Notes: generated by a model from the sequence alone, not told the origin. A DNA stretch of 64,000 bases from Candidatus Zambryskibacteria bacterium CG10_big_fil_rev_8_21_14_0_10_42_12 (GCA_002787695.1 PCXL01000011.1:138250-202249); one strand, 5' to 3'. Positions 1-8,914 are shown, numbered from the stretch's first letter. Made by a program: numbers and translations.

Positions 1-579
1 GCAATTACTACAGAAGACGTTAAAAAACTCCGTGACGAAACAGGTATCTCTATTATGCAGTGCAAAAAAGCACTTGAAGAGGCAGGAGGTGATTTAGAAA
101 AAGCACGTGTGATTTTAGAAAAGCAAAGCAAGGCGGTTGCTTCAAAAAAGGCGGATCGTGAACTGGGAGCAGGGGCTGTGGCTTCGTACGTTCATAATAC
201 GGGTACAGTTGGGGCTATGGTGCTTCTCTTATGCGAAACAGACTTTGTGGCACGTAATGAAGAGTTTAAGGCTCTTGCCTACGATATTGCGATGCAGGTT
301 GCGGCTACAGCACCTGAATTTAAATCACTCGATGAGATCCCTGAAGACGCTAAAGAAAAGGCAAAGGAGGTGTTTACAGAGGAGGTGAAAGATAAGCCTG
401 TGGATATGCAAGAAAAGATTTTGGCAGGCAAATTGGACAGCTATTTTAAGGAAAAAGCACTTCTAAACCAGGCCTTTATTAAGGATCCGGCAGTAACAAT
501 TAGCGAGATGCTTGAGCGCGGAACACAGAAATTTGGAGAGAAAATTGATATTGGTTCTTTCTCACGTGTCGCGGTATAA
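1..579 (+). CDS. tsf: Elongation factor Ts, 5'-truncated by the window edge (short CPR-type form)
   Basis: Frame 1 is open from base 1. The N-terminal UBA-like segment (ITTEDVKKLRDETGISIMQCKKALEEAGGDLEKA) and the EF-Ts core (GAMVLLLCETDFVARNEEF) are present. Confidence 0.85.
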   Translation, partial: AITTEDVKKLRDETGISIMQCKKALEEAGGDLEKARVILEKQSKAVASKKADRELGAGAVASYVHNTGTVGAMVLLLCETDFVARNEEFKALAYDIAMQVAATAPEFKSLDEIPEDAKEKAKEVFTEEVKDKPVDMQEKILAGKLDSYFKEKALLNQAFIKDPAVTISEMLERGTQKFGEKIDIGSFSRVAV

Positions 580-593
580 TCAATAGATACATT

Positions 594-1034
594 ATGGCCA
601 TTATATGGACATTTGGGGTTGCACTTTGTGGGATTATATTAATCTTTGCAAACAAGCTCTACGAGCTTAAGCACAGAAAAGAGACGTTTATCACACGTTT
701 CTTTTCTCGTTACGATAAAACACTTGAGCGTATGATGCTCCGGCTTTACTTTGTGTTTAGACGCATTGAAGATTGGGTAAAAATGCACACGCATAAAACG
801 TTTCCAAGTAAAGTGCGTGCGACTGAAAGGATTGTGATTGAGGCCGTAAGTGATTTTACAGATAGGTTTGTCCATTTCTGGAGAGGTAAGAAAGAATTGT
901 TGCCACGGGCTAAGGTTTCAAAATTTATTGCATCTATTCTTGAATACAGGTATCATAGCGAGCGCGAACGCAAGAAGCTTGTCGGGAACGGACGAATGGA
1001 TTTGGAGAGAGCGTTCGGATCACTGAAAGACTAG
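594..1034 (+). CDS. Hypothetical protein with an N-terminal transmembrane helix
   Basis: 146-aa ORF with a hydrophobic N-terminus (WTFGVALCGIILIFA) and no recognisable domain. Confidence 0.35.
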   Translation: MAIIWTFGVALCGIILIFANKLYELKHRKETFITRFFSRYDKTLERMMLRLYFVFRRIEDWVKMHTHKTFPSKVRATERIVIEAVSDFTDRFVHFWRGKKELLPRAKVSKFIASILEYRYHSERERKKLVGNGRMDLERAFGSLKD

Positions 1035-1057
1035 GTTTGAAAAAATATATAAGCCGC

Positions 1058-1100
1058 CCCCGCCTGCCAGCGCCTGAAGTCGCAGACAATGGCGGGCAGG
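1058..1100. repeat. ~43-nt imperfect palindromic hairpin repeat, copy 1 (cccgcctgcc...ggcgggcagg), inserted in a tRNA-Thr 5' fragment
   Basis: A 10-bp stem (cccgcctgcc / ggcgggcagg, one mismatch) with a 22-nt loop. It is preceded by gccgcc and followed by ttagctca, which match tRNA-Thr positions 1-6 and 8-15. A reverse-complement copy lies at 1498-1542. Confidence 0.5.
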
Positions 1101-1358
1101 TTAGCTCAAATAAAATGGGGTATGTACTACACATACGTTCTAAAAAGTCAGAAAGATTATAACTTATATGTTGGCTGGACTGATGATTTGAAAGCGCGTA
1201 TACTTGCTCATAATTCTGGTAAAGTAATTGCAACGAAACCCAGAACTCCTTTGAGTCTTGTTTATTACGAAGCATGCTTATCAAAGGAAAAAGCAATTGC
1301 ACGAGAAAAATATTTAAAGTCAGGATTTGGGCGTAAGTTTTTGAAAAGCAGAATATAA
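1089..1358 (+). CDS. GIY-YIG nuclease family protein (UPF0213-like, ~80-89 aa)
   Basis: YTYVLKSQKDYNLYVGWTDDLKARILAHN plus KYLKSGFGRKFLK are GIY-YIG hallmarks (GIY..YVG, then R, then H/N). The true start may be the ATG at 1120 (MYYTYVL). Confidence 0.75.
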   Translation: MAGRLAQIKWGMYYTYVLKSQKDYNLYVGWTDDLKARILAHNSGKVIATKPRTPLSLVYYEACLSKEKAIAREKYLKSGFGRKFLKSRI

Positions 1359-1431
1359 GCCGCCTTAGCTCAGTTGGTAGAGCAACGCTTTTGTAAAGCG
1401 AAGGTCCCCAGTTCGAGTCTGGGAGGCGGCT
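1359..1431 (+). tRNA. tRNA-Thr (anticodon UGU)
   Basis: Manual cloverleaf: 7-bp acceptor stem gccgcct/aggcggc, D-arm gctc-agttggta-gagc, anticodon loop tttgtaa (34-36 = TGT), 5-nt variable loop, T-arm cccag-ttcgagt-ctggg. No CCA is encoded. Confidence 0.8.
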
Positions 1432-1497
1432 CTGAGTAAAACGAAGAGGTGCCTCCCAGACGGGGAAAGGGTCGGAAAATGGGAGTTTTCCGTGAAG

Positions 1498-1542
1498 CCT
1501 GTCCGCCATTACCTGTGCGGCTTCAGGCGTTGGCAGGCAGGG
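1498..1542. repeat. ~43-nt hairpin repeat, copy 2 (inverted copy of 1058-1100, ~85% identity)
   Basis: cctgtccgccattacctgtgcggcttcaggcgttggcaggcaggg aligns to the reverse complement of copy 1. Together the two copies bracket the GIY-YIG ORF and tRNA-Thr. Confidence 0.5.
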
Positions 1543-1708
1543 AAGGATTGGGGAAACCGTGGGTGAGATATGGGACGGGACCCATATTGCAAGACCTTTT
1601 GAGACGGTACTCCGTCCAAAAGGTGTACAGAATCTGTAAGATTTCCAATTTGTCTGCGGTGGCGGCGGTTTCTATAGACTTTTATTTTATTGCGAGAAAA
1701 ACTAAAAA

Positions 1709-2470
1709 CTAGTTCTCCTCCGTACTTGTCGCACTCTCTAGTTTTGCCGCTCCCGCTTCGACTTCGTCTTGGCGAGGCGAGTCTTCACGGGCTTTTTTGA
1801 GCTCCTCTAGCTCTGGTATAAGCTCTTCCAAATCGGTGAGTGTCTTGAGACCATAATAATTCTGATTTTTGATTTTAAGTGCTGGAAATTCAGGGTCCAC
1901 ATTATGTACAGAAACAAGTGCTTCAACGGCAGGAGTATCAAGATAGTAATCAAACGGATATACACGGACTTCAGGGTAGAGTTCTTGTAGGCGTGTCAGC
2001 ACCGCTCCTTGTTTGCCGCAGTCTTCACAGTCTTCTTCTTTGTTTGAATAGAAGTAGAGTATTGTAATTGTGTCGGTATTACATTTTTCTGCAACTTGTT
2101 TTGTGAGTAATTGATCTTTTATAAGGAGGAGAGAGTAATATTTTTTAAGATTCAAAAATTCAGGATCATTAGGATCACGTTCGCGTTCCATGAATTGAAG
2201 CTGTGACCCGATTGAGGCGAGCTCCTTAGAGAGGAATGTTGATCCTATGTCACTACATGAGAGATCTTCAAGAAGAGAGAACTGTGTTTCAATAGAGAGG
2301 ATGTCTACAGCGATCTTGCTTTCGATACTGCGGATCTCCTCGAGCCTTTTTTGGTTTAGTGTATTACTCAAACCAAACGCAAGCGCAAAAATTGTGCTCG
2401 TAATAACAAAAGCTATGATATATGTGCGCCAGGCAATTCTTTTCATAAGTTGGCAATACCTTACCTCCAA
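1709..2470 (-). CDS. Membrane-anchored thioredoxin-like protein
   Basis: N-terminal transmembrane helix (IIAFVITSTIFALAFG) and a CxxC redox motif (EEDCEDCGKQG) in a thioredoxin-like context. The start may be the second Met (2446). Confidence 0.5.
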   Translation of the reverse strand: MEVRYCQLMKRIAWRTYIIAFVITSTIFALAFGLSNTLNQKRLEEIRSIESKIAVDILSIETQFSLLEDLSCSDIGSTFLSKELASIGSQLQFMERERDPNDPEFLNLKKYYSLLLIKDQLLTKQVAEKCNTDTITILYFYSNKEEDCEDCGKQGAVLTRLQELYPEVRVYPFDYYLDTPAVEALVSVHNVDPEFPALKIKNQNYYGLKTLTDLEELIPELEELKKAREDSPRQDEVEAGAAKLESATSTEEN

Positions 2471-3702
2471 GCAGGTTTTTTGGCAAGAAGTGCTTTAATT
2501 GAGGCGGAAAGCAGCCAGTATGTAGCTATAAAGCCATAAACGAAAGTATAAAAGAGTAGTCCGCGAGATATTCTAAATTTCTCTTTTGCTATGGTGAGGC
2601 CGGCCAGAAGCATGCAAAATACGAGTGCAATCATAGCGAAACCGATAATGACAGGCGTGCTTGTGTTTATGTAGAACCAATTGAAGTCAAACGATGGTAT
2701 ATTGAAATAAAAACCGGTTGCTACATATTCACCAACACGAGTCCAGACTTTGATTGCAGTATTGATGACGAGAGAAATACCAAAGTAGATCGCTGAATAA
2801 ATTGATATGGTAGAAATCGGAAGAATGAAAAATCCAAGGTTACCGTGCTGACTTCGAAAAAAGAAAGAACGATAATAGTCTTTCATGTTTCTGAGAAAGC
2901 CATAGATCCAGCGTACGCGTTGTTTGTACAGTGTTTTAAGGGTGCGAGGCGATATGGTGTATACGACAGCATCATGAGCGTTTACAATTTTCAGGTGCTT
3001 TTCTTGCATACGGAGGCAGATTTCCAGATCTTCTGTATTGTGCGCATGTCTATAAGGCCCAACGAGTTCATAAACTTCTTTTCTAAAGAATGAAAAAGGA
3101 CCTGGGGTGACAAATACAGATCCAAGCCATGAAAAGACTTTTCTGATAAAGATGCTCAGTGTGTATTCGACGGCTTGGGTATGTTGCAGTATTGTTTCGG
3201 CATTTCCTATTTTAATAGCAGGAATAACCGCCATAGTTTCTTTGTCTTCAAATCCCGCTGCAATATGTAGCAATGCATCTTGCTCAACATATGAGTCAGC
3301 ATCAAGACAACCAATTATGTCACCTTTTGCATATTGGAGACCATAGTTTAGTGCGGTAAATTTACCTCCATTTTTCTTTGAGAGCAGGCGAATTTGTGGA
3401 TGGTTCTTGTACTGCGCAAGTACTCTTTGTGTATTGTCAGTACTACCGTCGTCAATTACAAGAATTTCAAGTTTATCTTTTGGATAGGCAAGATTCAAAA
3501 GCGAACTAATCGTCTTAACAACAGTTTTTTCCTCGTTGAATACGGGGATCATTACCGTTGCAAATGGAAGCTGATTTTTAGGTAGAGCAACCTTCTTTTT
3601 TGTAAGAGAAATTTCATGGCGACGCTCTAAAAACACCAATAAAACAAACACCTCAAAAAAGAGGGACAAATATAAAAGCGCGTATACCACCATTTCGCTC
3701 AT
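2461..3702 (-). CDS. Membrane glycosyltransferase, family 2
   Basis: GT-A motifs MIPVFNEE, ILVIDDGSTDNT and DADSY, with multiple C-terminal transmembrane helices (polysaccharide-synthase-like topology). Confidence 0.8.
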   Translation of the reverse strand: MSEMVVYALLYLSLFFEVFVLLVFLERRHEISLTKKKVALPKNQLPFATVMIPVFNEEKTVVKTISSLLNLAYPKDKLEILVIDDGSTDNTQRVLAQYKNHPQIRLLSKKNGGKFTALNYGLQYAKGDIIGCLDADSYVEQDALLHIAAGFEDKETMAVIPAIKIGNAETILQHTQAVEYTLSIFIRKVFSWLGSVFVTPGPFSFFRKEVYELVGPYRHAHNTEDLEICLRMQEKHLKIVNAHDAVVYTISPRTLKTLYKQRVRWIYGFLRNMKDYYRSFFFRSQHGNLGFFILPISTISIYSAIYFGISLVINTAIKVWTRVGEYVATGFYFNIPSFDFNWFYINTSTPVIIGFAMIALVFCMLLAGLTIAKEKFRISRGLLFYTFVYGFIATYWLLSASIKALLAKKPAWR

Positions 3703-3753
3703 GTGGCCAATAATACTTGTTTTTAGCCAAATTTACAATATACTTGGGTTTAT

Positions 3754-4485
3754 ATGGTTCACGAAAAATTCACCGGCCATTTACACCCTGTGACGCATAT
3801 ATCGAGACGCATTGTTGGTATTTTGATGGATCTTGGCTTTGAGGTGGCATTAGGACCGGAACTTGAAGAAGATCACTACAATTTTAAGGCACTTAATTTC
3901 CCTGATGATCATCCAGCAAGAGACATGCAGGACACATTTTGGCTTAAAGATTTTCCGGGGCGCCTGTTGCGAACACAGACGTCAAACGTACAGGTGAGGT
4001 ATATGGAGGGTCACGAGCCGCCACTTAAAATAGTTGTTCCAGGTAAGGTCTTTCGTAATGAAGCAACAGATGCAACACATGAGATGCAGTTTCATCAGAT
4101 AGAAGGGTTGGTTGTAGGGAAAGATATTTCACTAGCAAATTTAAAATTTACCCTCGACGCATTCATTAAAAAAATGTTTGGCGAAGATGTGGAAACTCGT
4201 TTTCGTCCCGGTTACTTTCCGTTTGTGGAGCCTGGTATCGAAGTCGACATGAAGCGACCAGAGAAAGGTAACTCAAAAAAAAGTAATGAATGGATTGAAA
4301 TACTCGGGGCAGGCATGGTGCATCCAAATGTTTTGGAAAACGCTGGGGTTGATCCAAAGATATGGCAAGGATTTGCCTTTGGTGTTGGAGTAGATCGAAT
4401 AGCTATGATGAAATTTGGTCTCTCAGATGTGAGAGATTTGTATAGTGGTGATCTGCGTGTTGTTAATCAATTTCCGGGAATATGA
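3754..4485 (+). CDS. pheS: Phenylalanine--tRNA ligase alpha subunit (catalytic core only, 243 aa)
   Basis: Class II motifs FPDDHPARDMQDTFW, GKVFRNEATDATHEMQFHQIEG and GAGMVHPNVL...GFAFGVGVDRIAMM. Overlaps pheT at ATGA. Confidence 0.9.
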   Translation: MVHEKFTGHLHPVTHISRRIVGILMDLGFEVALGPELEEDHYNFKALNFPDDHPARDMQDTFWLKDFPGRLLRTQTSNVQVRYMEGHEPPLKIVVPGKVFRNEATDATHEMQFHQIEGLVVGKDISLANLKFTLDAFIKKMFGEDVETRFRPGYFPFVEPGIEVDMKRPEKGNSKKSNEWIEILGAGMVHPNVLENAGVDPKIWQGFAFGVGVDRIAMMKFGLSDVRDLYSGDLRVVNQFPGI

Positions 4486-6386
4486 AAGTAAGTTACAAAT
4501 GGCTCCAATCTTATTTTAAAGAATCCCTACCAAGTCCTCATGAGTTGGCAGATATACTTAATACACGCGCATTTGAAATCGAGAGCGTTGATGAAATTCC
4601 CGGAGGGGATGCGGTTATAGATGTTGATATTTTGCCAAATAGATCACACGATTGTTTAGCTCACCGAGGAATTGCACGCGAAATTGGTGTGCTCTTATCT
4701 CGTACCACAGAGGAACCTGTTTTTGATTTGACACAAAGTGTAGACGCTCTCGGGTTTACCGTTGATGTAGAGGATCCAATTTTTTGTACGCGTTTTGTGG
4801 GTGTGAGAATGCACAGCGTGTCCGTGACCGATTCTCCGAAGTGGATTGAAGAAAGACTGGCGACCATTGGGCAGAGATCAATCAATAATATTGTCGACAT
4901 TACAAATTTTGTGATGTTTGATCTTGGTAAACCGATGCATGCATTTGATGCAGATAAAGTTGTCGGCAATTTGGTGGTGCGTATAGCAAAAGAAGGGGAA
5001 AATATTACGACTCTCGACGGCAAAGACGTTGCTCTAAATGCTTCTATGCATGTTATTGCAGACGATATAAGCCCTCTCGCTATAGCCGGCGTAAAAGGTG
5101 GTATTCGTGCTGAAGTTACAAAAGAGACTAAAAACATTTTAATTGAATCTGCAGTTTTTGATGGTAGTACAATTCGTAAAACAAGTAGGACTGTTGGTAT
5201 TAAAACAGATTCATCTCGTCGTTTTGAAAATGGTATTGCCAACCAATTAGCCATGGATGGTTTCATGGAGACAGTCGCTCTTATTGCCGAGCATGCGAGA
5301 GGGGATGGATTTACCATCGGAGCAACAGTTGATGTGTATCCAAAGCCTGATGAGGAACATGTGGTTAATATGCGTGTTTCAAAACTACAGAGTCTGCTTG
5401 GTGTGGATCTTACTCAAAAGGAGATTGAATCTATTTTTGACCGCTTTGGATTTGTATACGAGAAGAAGGATGGCTCATACGACGTGACTATTCCCGAACT
5501 TCGGCTCGATCTTCGGATTGAAGAGGATGTGATTGAAGAGATTGGTCGTGTGTATGGGTATGAACACATACAAGCGCAACCTATTGCGGATATGGATTTT
5601 AAACCTCAGAGTACGAAGGAGTATAAAGTTATAGAAAACATAAAAAATATTCTAGCCCAGGCAGGGTTTTCAGAAGTACAGACGTATATGTTTGGTGATA
5701 AAGGAGAAGTAGAAGTCTTATATCCTGCGGCGAGTGATAAAACAAAGGTGCGAGCAGACCTCAAGACTCGTTTTGAAGAAACCTTGCAATCCAATGCACG
5801 CTACGCTGATCTTCTTGGTATTTCGGACGTGAGAGTGTTTGAGATTGGTAAAGTGGTCAAAAAAGACGGGGAACACTCACTCCTTGCTCTTGGAGTGCAA
5901 AATGTAAAAAAAGATAAAAAGAAAGAGAGTGAAAAAATTACTGAGGTATTGCAAATGCTTTCGGAAAAATTAGGTTATACGCTCGACACAGAGGTTGCTC
6001 ATCATATTGTCGAAATAGATTTGCAGGAAGTCATTGAGAAATCAGCTGACATATCTGAGCGTGAGCTACGAGACATTATTTCGCACGCAGATGACACAGT
6101 GGAAACAAAGCCAGTATCTTCATACCCGTTTGTTCTCAGAGACATTGCGGTATGGACTCCAGATGGAACACAGGAATCGGATGTGTACGACATTATAAAA
6201 GAACAGGGAGGAGAGCTGTTGGTACGTATTGCATTGTTTGATGAATTTAAAAAGGACGGAAAAACATCGTATGCTTTCAATCTTGTTTTTCAGTCTCATG
6301 AGAGAACGCTAACTGATGAGGAAATAAATCAGATTATGGAAAAAATTTCTACCGTGTTTATTAAACAAGGATGGACAGTAAGGTAG
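4482..6386 (+). CDS. pheT: Phenylalanine--tRNA ligase beta subunit
   Basis: MKVSYKWLQSYF start, B3/4 and B5 regions, and a C-terminal anticodon-binding-like region. 634 aa, translationally coupled to pheS. Confidence 0.9.
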   Translation: MKVSYKWLQSYFKESLPSPHELADILNTRAFEIESVDEIPGGDAVIDVDILPNRSHDCLAHRGIAREIGVLLSRTTEEPVFDLTQSVDALGFTVDVEDPIFCTRFVGVRMHSVSVTDSPKWIEERLATIGQRSINNIVDITNFVMFDLGKPMHAFDADKVVGNLVVRIAKEGENITTLDGKDVALNASMHVIADDISPLAIAGVKGGIRAEVTKETKNILIESAVFDGSTIRKTSRTVGIKTDSSRRFENGIANQLAMDGFMETVALIAEHARGDGFTIGATVDVYPKPDEEHVVNMRVSKLQSLLGVDLTQKEIESIFDRFGFVYEKKDGSYDVTIPELRLDLRIEEDVIEEIGRVYGYEHIQAQPIADMDFKPQSTKEYKVIENIKNILAQAGFSEVQTYMFGDKGEVEVLYPAASDKTKVRADLKTRFEETLQSNARYADLLGISDVRVFEIGKVVKKDGEHSLLALGVQNVKKDKKKESEKITEVLQMLSEKLGYTLDTEVAHHIVEIDLQEVIEKSADISERELRDIISHADDTVETKPVSSYPFVLRDIAVWTPDGTQESDVYDIIKEQGGELLVRIALFDEFKKDGKTSYAFNLVFQSHERTLTDEEINQIMEKISTVFIKQGWTVR

Positions 6387-6387
6387 C

Positions 6388-6537
6388 TTACAGGCTTTTA
6401 CCCCATTCTTCCCAGATGGGATATATAACTGCTGCAATTAAAAAAGCGGGAAATACAATGATGCCAACAAGTAGCCATGCGAATCGTTGAAGTACTTTTC
6501 CTACATCCATACAAGCAGATAAGGTAACACACTTCAT
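6388..6537 (-). CDS. Candidate 49-aa single-pass membrane peptide
   Basis: MKCVTLSACMDVGKVLQRFAWLLVGIIVFPAFLIAAVIYPIWEEWGKSL lies directly downstream (minus strand) of an intrinsic terminator. The longer ORF track call 6388..6738 runs through a GC-rich structured segment and is probably spurious upstream of this Met. Confidence 0.25.
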   Translation of the reverse strand: MKCVTLSACMDVGKVLQRFAWLLVGIIVFPAFLIAAVIYPIWEEWGKSL

Positions 6538-6567
6538 TTTCTTAACAAAATAAAACTTGTGGAATAT

Positions 6568-6715
6568 GAAAAAACGCACGTCCCCAGAGGGAGCGCGCGA
6601 TAGGTGGTGATCGCCCAAGTGGTAAGCTACCCAGGTGTCTGAGCGGTCTAGCCGCCGCATCAGTGACTCGGGTAAGAGCAATGGAATGTGGGCGACCACC
6701 GCGTACAATAATAGC
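6568..6715 (-). ncRNA. Candidate structured small RNA or cis-regulatory leader (~140 nt, GC-rich) ending in an intrinsic terminator
   Basis: On the minus strand a long closing stem GGUGGUCGCCCA...UGGGCGAUCACCACC encloses internal hairpins (GCGG-loop-CCGC; UACCC/GGGUA). It is followed by hairpin cgcgctccc-tctg-gggacgtgcg plus UUUUUU. No match to a known RNA family was established. Confidence 0.3.
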
Positions 6716-6823
6716 ATATTATCTATATTTGTAAACACACTTATTCAGTGTTTTGAACAGTAAAAATAGGTAGATTTTTAGCTGTAAATTTGCTATAATA
6801 CTTCGGTAAAAAATACAAAAAAT

Positions 6824-8908
6824 ATGGCTAAAACGGAGGCTAAAAGTGAGAAAAAAGCAGGCAGCTATGGTGCTGCCGATATTACTGTCCTTGAAGGTCT
6901 CGAGCCGGTACGTAAACGTCCGGGTATGTACATTGGTACAACGGGTCCTGACGGTCTTCACCACCTGATTTGGGAAATTTTTGATAATGCACGAGATGAA
7001 GCAATGGCGGGGCACGCCAACGATGTCGAGGTTGCTCTACTTCCCGATAACTATATCCGTGTAGTGGATAACGGTCGCGGTATTCCGGTTGATACACACA
7101 AGCAGACAAAAGTGTCTGCACTTGAAACTATCATGACGACACTGCATGCCGGCGGCAAGTTTGGTGGCGAAGGGTATAAAGTGTCTGGAGGTCTTCATGG
7201 TGTAGGTGCATCTGTAGTGAATGCGCTTTCTACTCATATGAAAGTGTTGGTGCACAAAAGCAATGGGGATGTCAAAAGCGGTGTGTACATGCAGGAGTAT
7301 GAAATCGGCAAAGCAAAAGCGAAGGTCAAAGTGGTGGGAGACACAAAACACAATGGTACCGTTGTGCTGTTTCAAGCCGACGAGACAATTTTCAAAGAAA
7401 TAAAATTTGATTTTAAGCGAGTGGTAAATCATCTGCGTCAACAGGCGTATTTGGTTAAAGGTCTTCGCATTACCGTGATAGATGCCCGTAACGCCGATTC
7501 AAAACTCAACACGGACAAAGAGTTTTATCTTCGTGAGCTTGGACTTGATATGCCAAGCATGAGTTTCTATTTTGAAGGAGGACTCAAATCACTCATTACA
7601 TTTTACAACCACACGCAAAAGCCGATTCATAAGAATATTTTTTATGTTGAGAAAGAAACGGCAGAATACGAAACCGTTGAAGTTGCTCTCCAGTATGTAG
7701 ATGATATTTCCGCACGTATTCTACCTTTTGCGAATAATATTTATAACCTCGAAGGCGGTACACATATCACCGGTTTCAAAACAGCATTGACTCGTACACT
7801 CAACTCATACGCCAAGAAGAATAAACTTGTTAAAGATGGTGAAGACGCCTTTACGGGAGATGATGTGCTCGAAGGTTTGACAGCGGTCGTGTCTGTTAAG
7901 CTCCGTGAAATTCAATTTGAAGGACAAACGAAGGGGAAGCTTGGCTCTACAGAAGCACGCGGTATGGTTGAGAGCGTTTTTGCAGACAGTTTTTCTATGT
8001 GGCTTGAAGAACACCCTGATGATGCTAAGGCAATTATCCAAAAGGTTACACTTGCACTCAAGGCACGCAAAGCGGCTAAGGCCGCAAAAGATTCTGTGCT
8101 CAGGAAGGGTGCGCTTGAAGGCATGACACTTCCGGGTAAATTGGCTGATTGTCAGACAAAATCAGCAGAAGAATCAGAACTCTTTATTGTGGAGGGAGAT
8201 TCTGCTGGTGGTACTGCAAAGACGGGGCGAGATCGTCGTACACAGGCAATTCTGCCACTGCGAGGAAAGATTTTGAACATTGAGCGTGCACGACTCGATA
8301 GGGCACTTGCATCAGAGCAGATTAAGAACTTGGTGGTGGCGCTTGGTACTGCGATTGGAGACACATTTGATATTGCGAACCTTAGGTACCACAAAGTTAT
8401 TATCGCGACAGATGCCGATGTTGACGGAGCGCACATTCGCACATTGCTTTTGACGTTATTCTACAGATATTTCAGACCGCTGATTGACGGAGGATTTATC
8501 TATATTGCGCAACCACCTCTTTATAAAATAAAGATGGGTAAGGAAATTCATTATGCATATACTGATGCAGACAAAGCAAAGATTGTTGGTGATGATGTAG
8601 ACATTGAAGAGGTAGAAAATATGTCGGAAGGTGAGGAGGTAGAAGAAACATCCGAAGAAGAAGTTGAAGAGACAAAAGGCAAGAGAGTTAGCAAACCGTC
8701 TATCCAACGATACAAAGGTCTTGGAGAAATGAATGCAGAGGAACTCTGGGAAACCACTATGGATCCAGCGCGACGCGTGCTTAAACAGGTAACAATTCAC
8801 GACGCACAAGGCGCCGATAAGATATTTGATATCTTGATGGGTACCGACGTGCCATCACGCAAAAGCTTTATTCAAAGCAACGCCAAGATGGCGAATCTGG
8901 ATCTCTAA
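6824..8908 (+). CDS. gyrB: DNA gyrase subunit B
   Basis: GHKL ATPase motifs (DNGRGIP, GLHGVGASVVNALS), TOPRIM (EGDSAGG...PLRGKILN...DADVDGAHI) and a C-terminal acidic insertion (EEVENMSEGEEVEETSEEEVEE). Confidence 0.95.
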   Translation: MAKTEAKSEKKAGSYGAADITVLEGLEPVRKRPGMYIGTTGPDGLHHLIWEIFDNARDEAMAGHANDVEVALLPDNYIRVVDNGRGIPVDTHKQTKVSALETIMTTLHAGGKFGGEGYKVSGGLHGVGASVVNALSTHMKVLVHKSNGDVKSGVYMQEYEIGKAKAKVKVVGDTKHNGTVVLFQADETIFKEIKFDFKRVVNHLRQQAYLVKGLRITVIDARNADSKLNTDKEFYLRELGLDMPSMSFYFEGGLKSLITFYNHTQKPIHKNIFYVEKETAEYETVEVALQYVDDISARILPFANNIYNLEGGTHITGFKTALTRTLNSYAKKNKLVKDGEDAFTGDDVLEGLTAVVSVKLREIQFEGQTKGKLGSTEARGMVESVFADSFSMWLEEHPDDAKAIIQKVTLALKARKAAKAAKDSVLRKGALEGMTLPGKLADCQTKSAEESELFIVEGDSAGGTAKTGRDRRTQAILPLRGKILNIERARLDRALASEQIKNLVVALGTAIGDTFDIANLRYHKVIIATDADVDGAHIRTLLLTLFYRYFRPLIDGGFIYIAQPPLYKIKMGKEIHYAYTDADKAKIVGDDVDIEEVENMSEGEEVEETSEEEVEETKGKRVSKPSIQRYKGLGEMNAEELWETTMDPARRVLKQVTIHDAQGADKIFDILMGTDVPSRKSFIQSNAKMANLDL

Positions 8909-8914
8909 AACAAT

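Noticed and set aside
1432-1708. RNase P RNA assignment based on GGAAAG-, GGCAGG-, GGGGAAACC- and ACAGAA-like strings
   Set aside because: The P4 helix partners (AAG-U-CCGG / CCGG-CUU) cannot be formed and the region is about 100 nt too short. The strings may be coincidental in GC-rich sequence. Kept only as an unresolved structured region.
4661-5317. 218-aa minus-strand ORF
   Set aside because: It is entirely antisense to pheT, with Ser/Pro/Thr-rich low-complexity composition typical of shadow ORFs. The same judgement applies to 12878-13246 and 13503-13781 (antisense to dnaE), 29313-29861 (antisense to the ABC gene), 49344-49955 (antisense to tgt), 54860-55372 (antisense to uvrA) and 24690-25178 (antisense to the META gene).
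6590-6712. tRNA (long-variable-arm or tRNA-Sec) interpretation of the ggtggtg...caccacc closed structure
   Set aside because: A D-arm or a T-arm with the TTCRA loop could not be built on either strand. The closing stem alone resembles an acceptor stem.
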